Part shown: positions 25,130-28,646 of the stretch, piece by piece
Position numbering within the stretch: the first letter of the stretch is position 1
How the letters are laid out: the number at the start of each line of letters is the position of its first letter
Assembly: GCA_046754105.1 (NCBI GenBank)
Contig: JBHHVD010000039.1
Location: 1-28,646 of the forward strand
From: Candidatus Krumholzibacteriia bacterium
GTDB taxonomy: Bacteria > Krumholzibacteriota > Krumholzibacteriia > WVZY01
Direction of reading: 5' to 3'
DNA: 28,646 nucleotides
Notes under the pieces: model-generated
What the model saw: the letters and a program-made list of their open reading frames with translations, nothing else
Told to the model about the DNA's origin: nothing
The model's database searches: none
Made by a program: the position numbers and the translations under genes

Positions 25130-25465
25130 CTACTCCAGGCAGACCCCCGCGCCGACCCCCGCGGTGTGGGATTCCGCCGTCTTGACTTCGACCACGGGCT
25201 CGGCGATGCCCCCGGTCTGCTGGTAGAGGCTCAAGAAGAGTTCGCTCGAATCGGCGGGGCTGGTCCTCGTTACCGCCACGCACCACGGCCGCTCCTCCCC
25301 GACCATCAGCACCATGACTCCCTGTCCCATGATCGTGTCTCCGGGAGTCTGCACCGCCCGCCATGACGTGGATGACTTTACGATGACGCGGTACACGGGC
25401 GGCGCGGGTTCAAAGCCGCACCCACACACCCCAACCGCTGCCAGGATGAACAGTCTTTTTCTCAT
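25130..25465 (-). CDS. Hypothetical lipoprotein
   Basis: MRKRLFILAAVGVCGC signal peptide and lipobox; no family recognised. Confidence 0.6.
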   Translation of the reverse strand: MRKRLFILAAVGVCGCGFEPAPPVYRVIVKSSTSWRAVQTPGDTIMGQGVMVLMVGEERPWCVAVTRTSPADSSELFLSLYQQTGGIAEPVVEVKTAESHTAGVGAGVCLE

Positions 25466-25629
25466 AGAGGTTCCCCGTTGATCCCACTATACCACAGGGT
25501 GCCATATCTTGCACTGGGTGGCAAGACCTCTACGATGGCCTGCAGCCGTACGCGGAATTTGGCTGCTTGACTCCGACACAAATATCGGACTGGTCAGGAA
25601 CTCGCGCGTTCTACGCGCCCTGTTTCGTG

Positions 25630-26274
25630 TCAGCATGAGTAGGACCATTTCGTCCGGTCGCTGCCATGCCACATCCCATTGGCTACAACGCCTTTGACCG
25701 AGAACTGCCCGTACGAGACCTCTTCAGAATAGTCCCTCATGTTTCCCTCTCCGGAACCAGATACGAGACCCGAGTCTGGGTGTTCGAAATAGTCACTCGT
25801 ATGCGGCCCCGTAGAGCCTTCACCGAAGGGAGTGTCGGTAAACTCGATGAGGATAACCACTATTCGCGCGGTGTCGGTGATCGACGCTTGCGTGATCGGG
25901 CGCAAGGGGAATTGAGGCTCCAGAATGGCTTCGGCTTGGGATTCGACCGCGCCGCGTGCATGTCGAGGAACCGGCGGATAGTCGACCCCTACGACAGCAC
26001 CAGACGGCACTAGACGGCCGCCAACATCTGGCTTCGCGTATACCCATACACCGTCAGTACGCCGTACGATCGTGTAATGATCTTTGGTCTCGTACCAGTG
26101 GAACCGCTCATCACCGTATAGCCGCACAAGAAACGAGCTGCCGCTGGGTTGGTTAAGAGTGAAGACATCCTTTGGGTTTGCGGGGACGGCGGAGACCAAA
26201 ACGCCGAGAAGCAGGATCCTAGTAACGGCAAGAAGGGCGGTCAGTGCACCACAAAGTGAGACATAATGCCGCAT
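25630..26274 (-). pseudogene. Truncated M6-family (immune inhibitor A-like) metalloprotease, N-terminal part only
   Basis: AGGAGG RBS, signal peptide, VPANP....QPSG......YGDE..HWYET, VILIEFTD and MRDYSEEVSYGQF. The ORF stops before any HExxH motif. Confidence 0.7.
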
Positions 26275-26391
26275 CAACCCCTCCTGTTCGTCGGCTAGAA
26301 GGACAGCACGTCCAACAGTACGCTTCGCAACCCCGTTTTGCAACTTGAATCCACCTCAATGCGGGGTTCAGAGCGATCAAGGGCCTACAAC

Positions 26392-26436
26392 TTGACAATT
26401 GTCAAATTGACCGGCCACTGTGCGGAGGACTAGAAT
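26392..26436 (+). promoter_or_regulatory. Perfect 14-bp palindrome next to a sigma70-type promoter
   Basis: TTGACAATTGTCAA (26392-26405), then TTGACC (26407-26412)-N18-TAGAAT (26431-26436). Confidence 0.6.
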
Positions 26437-26489
26437 GCGCCTGTTTCGTGCAGGGCTGCTGGCGTGCACCCCGATATATTCCACCATTC

Positions 26490-26594
26490 GACAGAGGCCC
26501 CGCGCCGCAGGTGCCGGAGGGGCACGATGTACGCTGTAAGGGAAATGGCTTCCCAGACTGCCGGAGCAACGGGATCGGGGCGGATACCTCGGTC
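26490..26594 (+). ncRNA. Candidate structured 5' leader RNA
   Basis: Nested stems GACaGAGG/CCTCgGTC, CCCCG/CGGGG and GCAG/CTGC enclose hairpins GTGCC/GGCAC and GGGAA/TTCCC; CCG-GAGCAA-CGG follows. Confidence 0.35.
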
Positions 26595-26627
26595 CAGTTC
26601 GACGAAGCAAGCGCAGGAGGTGTTGGT

Positions 26628-27185
26628 ATGAAAAAAGTGTTCACGGCCGTAGCTATGTTCTGTTTCATCGCCACCGCGGTTGGCTCGGTTCAGGCATTTC
26701 CGATTGCCAAGCCCGGCACGGAAGGTCTGCTCGTGATCGTAAACACCTTGGGTCCCGTCGTCGCTACGTATCGGGGCAATTCAGCCACCTACAGTAACGA
26801 TCTATATCTCATGCTGGATGCGAGCGGGAATCCCGGGGACGACGGCGATCTGACCAATGACCTGTTCATTTTCAACAACCATTCCTCGCCGGTCGGAAGC
26901 AGTGTGAACCTGGGCTCGTTTCCCAACGGCACCGAGTTGATTTTCAGGCTGCACGTGCGCAACACCGGTTACGATTTTTACACCGGTCCCGCGGGCCGCA
27001 ATCCGGACGGGTATGCGCACGCGCGAGTCGAAGGCGACTGGCAGCCGAACGAAAGCCTGGTCAGCTTCGAAGATCTCTATAACGGTCCCTTCGTCTACAA
27101 TGATCTCAGTTTTTCGTTTACGAACACGATACCGCTTCCGACCAGCGAGACGACCTGGGGCAAGATCAAGGACTTGTATCGTTAG
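26628..27185 (+). CDS. Secreted protein with a C-terminal TWGKIK motif (185 aa)
   Basis: AGGAGG RBS, signal peptide ending VQA, VSFEDL....YNDLSF (DUF4114-like) and terminal PTSETTWGKIKDLYR. Confidence 0.85.
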   Translation: MKKVFTAVAMFCFIATAVGSVQAFPIAKPGTEGLLVIVNTLGPVVATYRGNSATYSNDLYLMLDASGNPGDDGDLTNDLFIFNNHSSPVGSSVNLGSFPNGTELIFRLHVRNTGYDFYTGPAGRNPDGYAHARVEGDWQPNESLVSFEDLYNGPFVYNDLSFSFTNTIPLPTSETTWGKIKDLYR

Positions 27186-27281
27186 TGGCACATGTGGGCC
27201 CGACGCGATCATCGGGCGGCTGGGGTTAACGCGCTTTGAAAGAACATGGTGGGTGGGGACGGTTGGAAAGTGACGTCGTCT

Positions 27282-27300
27282 GGGGCGCCGCAGGCGCCCC
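27282..27300. terminator. GC hairpin (possible terminator or REP-like element)
   Basis: GGGGCGCC-GCA-GGCGCCCC; no U-tract. Confidence 0.3.
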
Positions 27301-27342
27301 GCGCGCCAGATTCCGGAACAAGAGTTGCTTCCCTACGCCGCC

Positions 27343-27972
27343 ATGCCAAGCACCCTCGTCATCGTCGCCGTACTCCTCGCCGGACTTAGCCTGGCGTTCT
27401 TGATCGCGGGCCTTTCGGCCGCGCGCAGGGGCCGGCTTGCGGGCTCGGTGTTCGGCACCCTGGTGGCGCTGCTTTGCCTGGCACTTTCTGCCCTGTGCGC
27501 GACGGTAACGGTGGCCACCCAGGGTTACCGGGCGCTTACCCACGAGGAAGTCGCCGCCCGGGTGACGGTGAACCGCCTGACCCCCGAGCGCTTCAGCGCG
27601 CGCTTCGCCTTTGCCGATGGCCGCGAGCAGGTTTTCAACCTGGCCGGCGACGAGTTCTACGTCGACGCCCACATTCTCAAATGGAAACCGGTCGTGAACG
27701 TCCTCGGGCTGCACACGAACTACCAGCTGGACCGCGTGGCCGGGCGCTACACGAAAGTAGAAGACGAGCAGACCCTCCGGCGCACCGTCTTCCCGCTCGC
27801 GCGAGAAAAGCGCCTCGACATGTACGACCTGCGCTCGCGCTTCTCCGCTCTTTCCCCCCTGGTCGATGCGGAATACGGATCGGCAACCTTTATCCCCGTA
27901 AAAGACTGGGCCGTCTTCGAGGTCCGGGTCTCGACCACGGGCCTCCTCGTCCGCAAGATCGACGGCGAGTAG
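27343..27972 (+). CDS. Conserved-looking hypothetical membrane protein
   Basis: Two N-terminal TM segments, then GYRALTHEE, GDEFYVDAHILKWK, LDRVAGRY and VDAEYGSATF; strong GC3 bias. Confidence 0.8.
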   Translation: MPSTLVIVAVLLAGLSLAFLIAGLSAARRGRLAGSVFGTLVALLCLALSALCATVTVATQGYRALTHEEVAARVTVNRLTPERFSARFAFADGREQVFNLAGDEFYVDAHILKWKPVVNVLGLHTNYQLDRVAGRYTKVEDEQTLRRTVFPLAREKRLDMYDLRSRFSALSPLVDAEYGSATFIPVKDWAVFEVRVSTTGLLVRKIDGE

Positions 27973-28031
27973 CGGCTGCACTTGACATCAATCAACTTCT
28001 TGTATCGCGCTCGGAGTAGTAAGATCATTAG

Positions 28032-28646
28032 ATGAAGCCGGATACAATCTCATCCTGGACAGCGCTCGCCGTGGCCTGCCTCGTGGCGGCCGGCTGCAGC
28101 GATTCGTCGCAGGCGCCGCAAACGGATACGCCGCCCTTGGCGACATCGTGCACCGGCGTGCCGGTATTCACGGTCTCTCCGGTCGACCCGCGTGCGGTCG
28201 AAAGCATCGCCCCCCTCGGCAACCTCAACCCGCCCGGGCACACCTTTCCCACCGACCACGTCTACTTCTATCTCAAGCCCGGCGGTGGCGGCGGCGTGAC
28301 GGTGGAGACCGGACTGTACGCGCCCGGCGACATGACCCTGACCAGCGCGAGCGCTTTCGAGCACGTCAACGCGGGGCTGCTCGATTTCAGCATCACACTG
28401 GAGTGCGGCGACGTCGCACTGGTGCTCGGACACGTGACCACACTCGCCGAGAATGTATTCGGCGGCACTGCCGACCTATCCAGCTGGCAATTGCTAAACG
28501 AGTACACGACCGGCGGCGAGACCTACCGCATGTACCGAAAACCCTTCGACCGCGCCATGCAGGCGGGCGACTCGCTGGGGACCACGGGCGGCAATCCCGG
28601 CCAGTGGGCGCTCGACGTCGGTGCCTACGACCGGAGCCGCGTCTCG
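28032..28646 (+). CDS. Lipoprotein running off the window end (missing from the ORF track)
   Basis: MKPDTISSWTALAVACLVAAGC lipobox, then PLGNLNPPGHTFPTDHVYFY; open to the window end with GC3 bias. Confidence 0.8.
   Translation, partial: MKPDTISSWTALAVACLVAAGCSDSSQAPQTDTPPLATSCTGVPVFTVSPVDPRAVESIAPLGNLNPPGHTFPTDHVYFYLKPGGGGGVTVETGLYAPGDMTLTSASAFEHVNAGLLDFSITLECGDVALVLGHVTTLAENVFGGTADLSSWQLLNEYTTGGETYRMYRKPFDRAMQAGDSLGTTGGNPGQWALDVGAYDRSRVS

Noticed and set aside
26505..26565. Cobalamin or SAM-I riboswitch (AGGTGCC, AGGGAA and ACTGCC words)
   Set aside because: The order and spacing of the conserved elements do not fit, and the downstream gene is unrelated.
26448..26627. 60-aa N-terminal extension of the secreted protein
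   Set aside because: The signal peptide and AGGAGG RBS place the start at 26628; the upstream part looks like UTR.

Overview
GC-rich bacterial DNA, probably from an FCB-associated candidate phylum (Krumholzibacteria/Eisenbacteria/Latescibacteria-like, inferred only from a C-terminal TWGKIK motif). It is dominated by stress-response modules. (1) 212-12500 is a compatible-solute locus. A CosR/EctR-like MarR regulator heads a tightly coupled minus-strand operon: AsnB-type glutamine amidotransferase, mpgS, Na+:solute symporter, mpgP, SAM methyltransferase. A C69 Ntn-hydrolase and a GH38 alpha-mannosidase are transcribed divergently, and a glycerate 2-kinase converges on them. This is the best candidate for a new system: synthesis, uptake and recycling of an amidated (mannosylglyceramide-type), possibly methylated, mannosylglycerate. 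(2) 12805-19375 is a CzcCBA-type metal efflux operon with a Cys-rich upstream ORF, a structured leader, a PII-like gene and a P-type ATPase remnant. (3) 19407-19873 is a junction region with an inverted-repeat pair, an orphan tRNA-Leu 5' half and a ~10-bp-phased TTAT/ATAA array. (4) 19801-23129 is an nhaA/nhaR cassette with three small genes, bracketed by ~73-bp imperfect direct repeats. (5) The rest holds a Pif1-like helicase, greA, lipoproteins, a truncated M6-protease gene and a secreted TWGKIK-tail protein with a structured 5' leader. No integrase, transposase or CRISPR array was seen. All family calls come from motif recognition by eye; no database searches were run.
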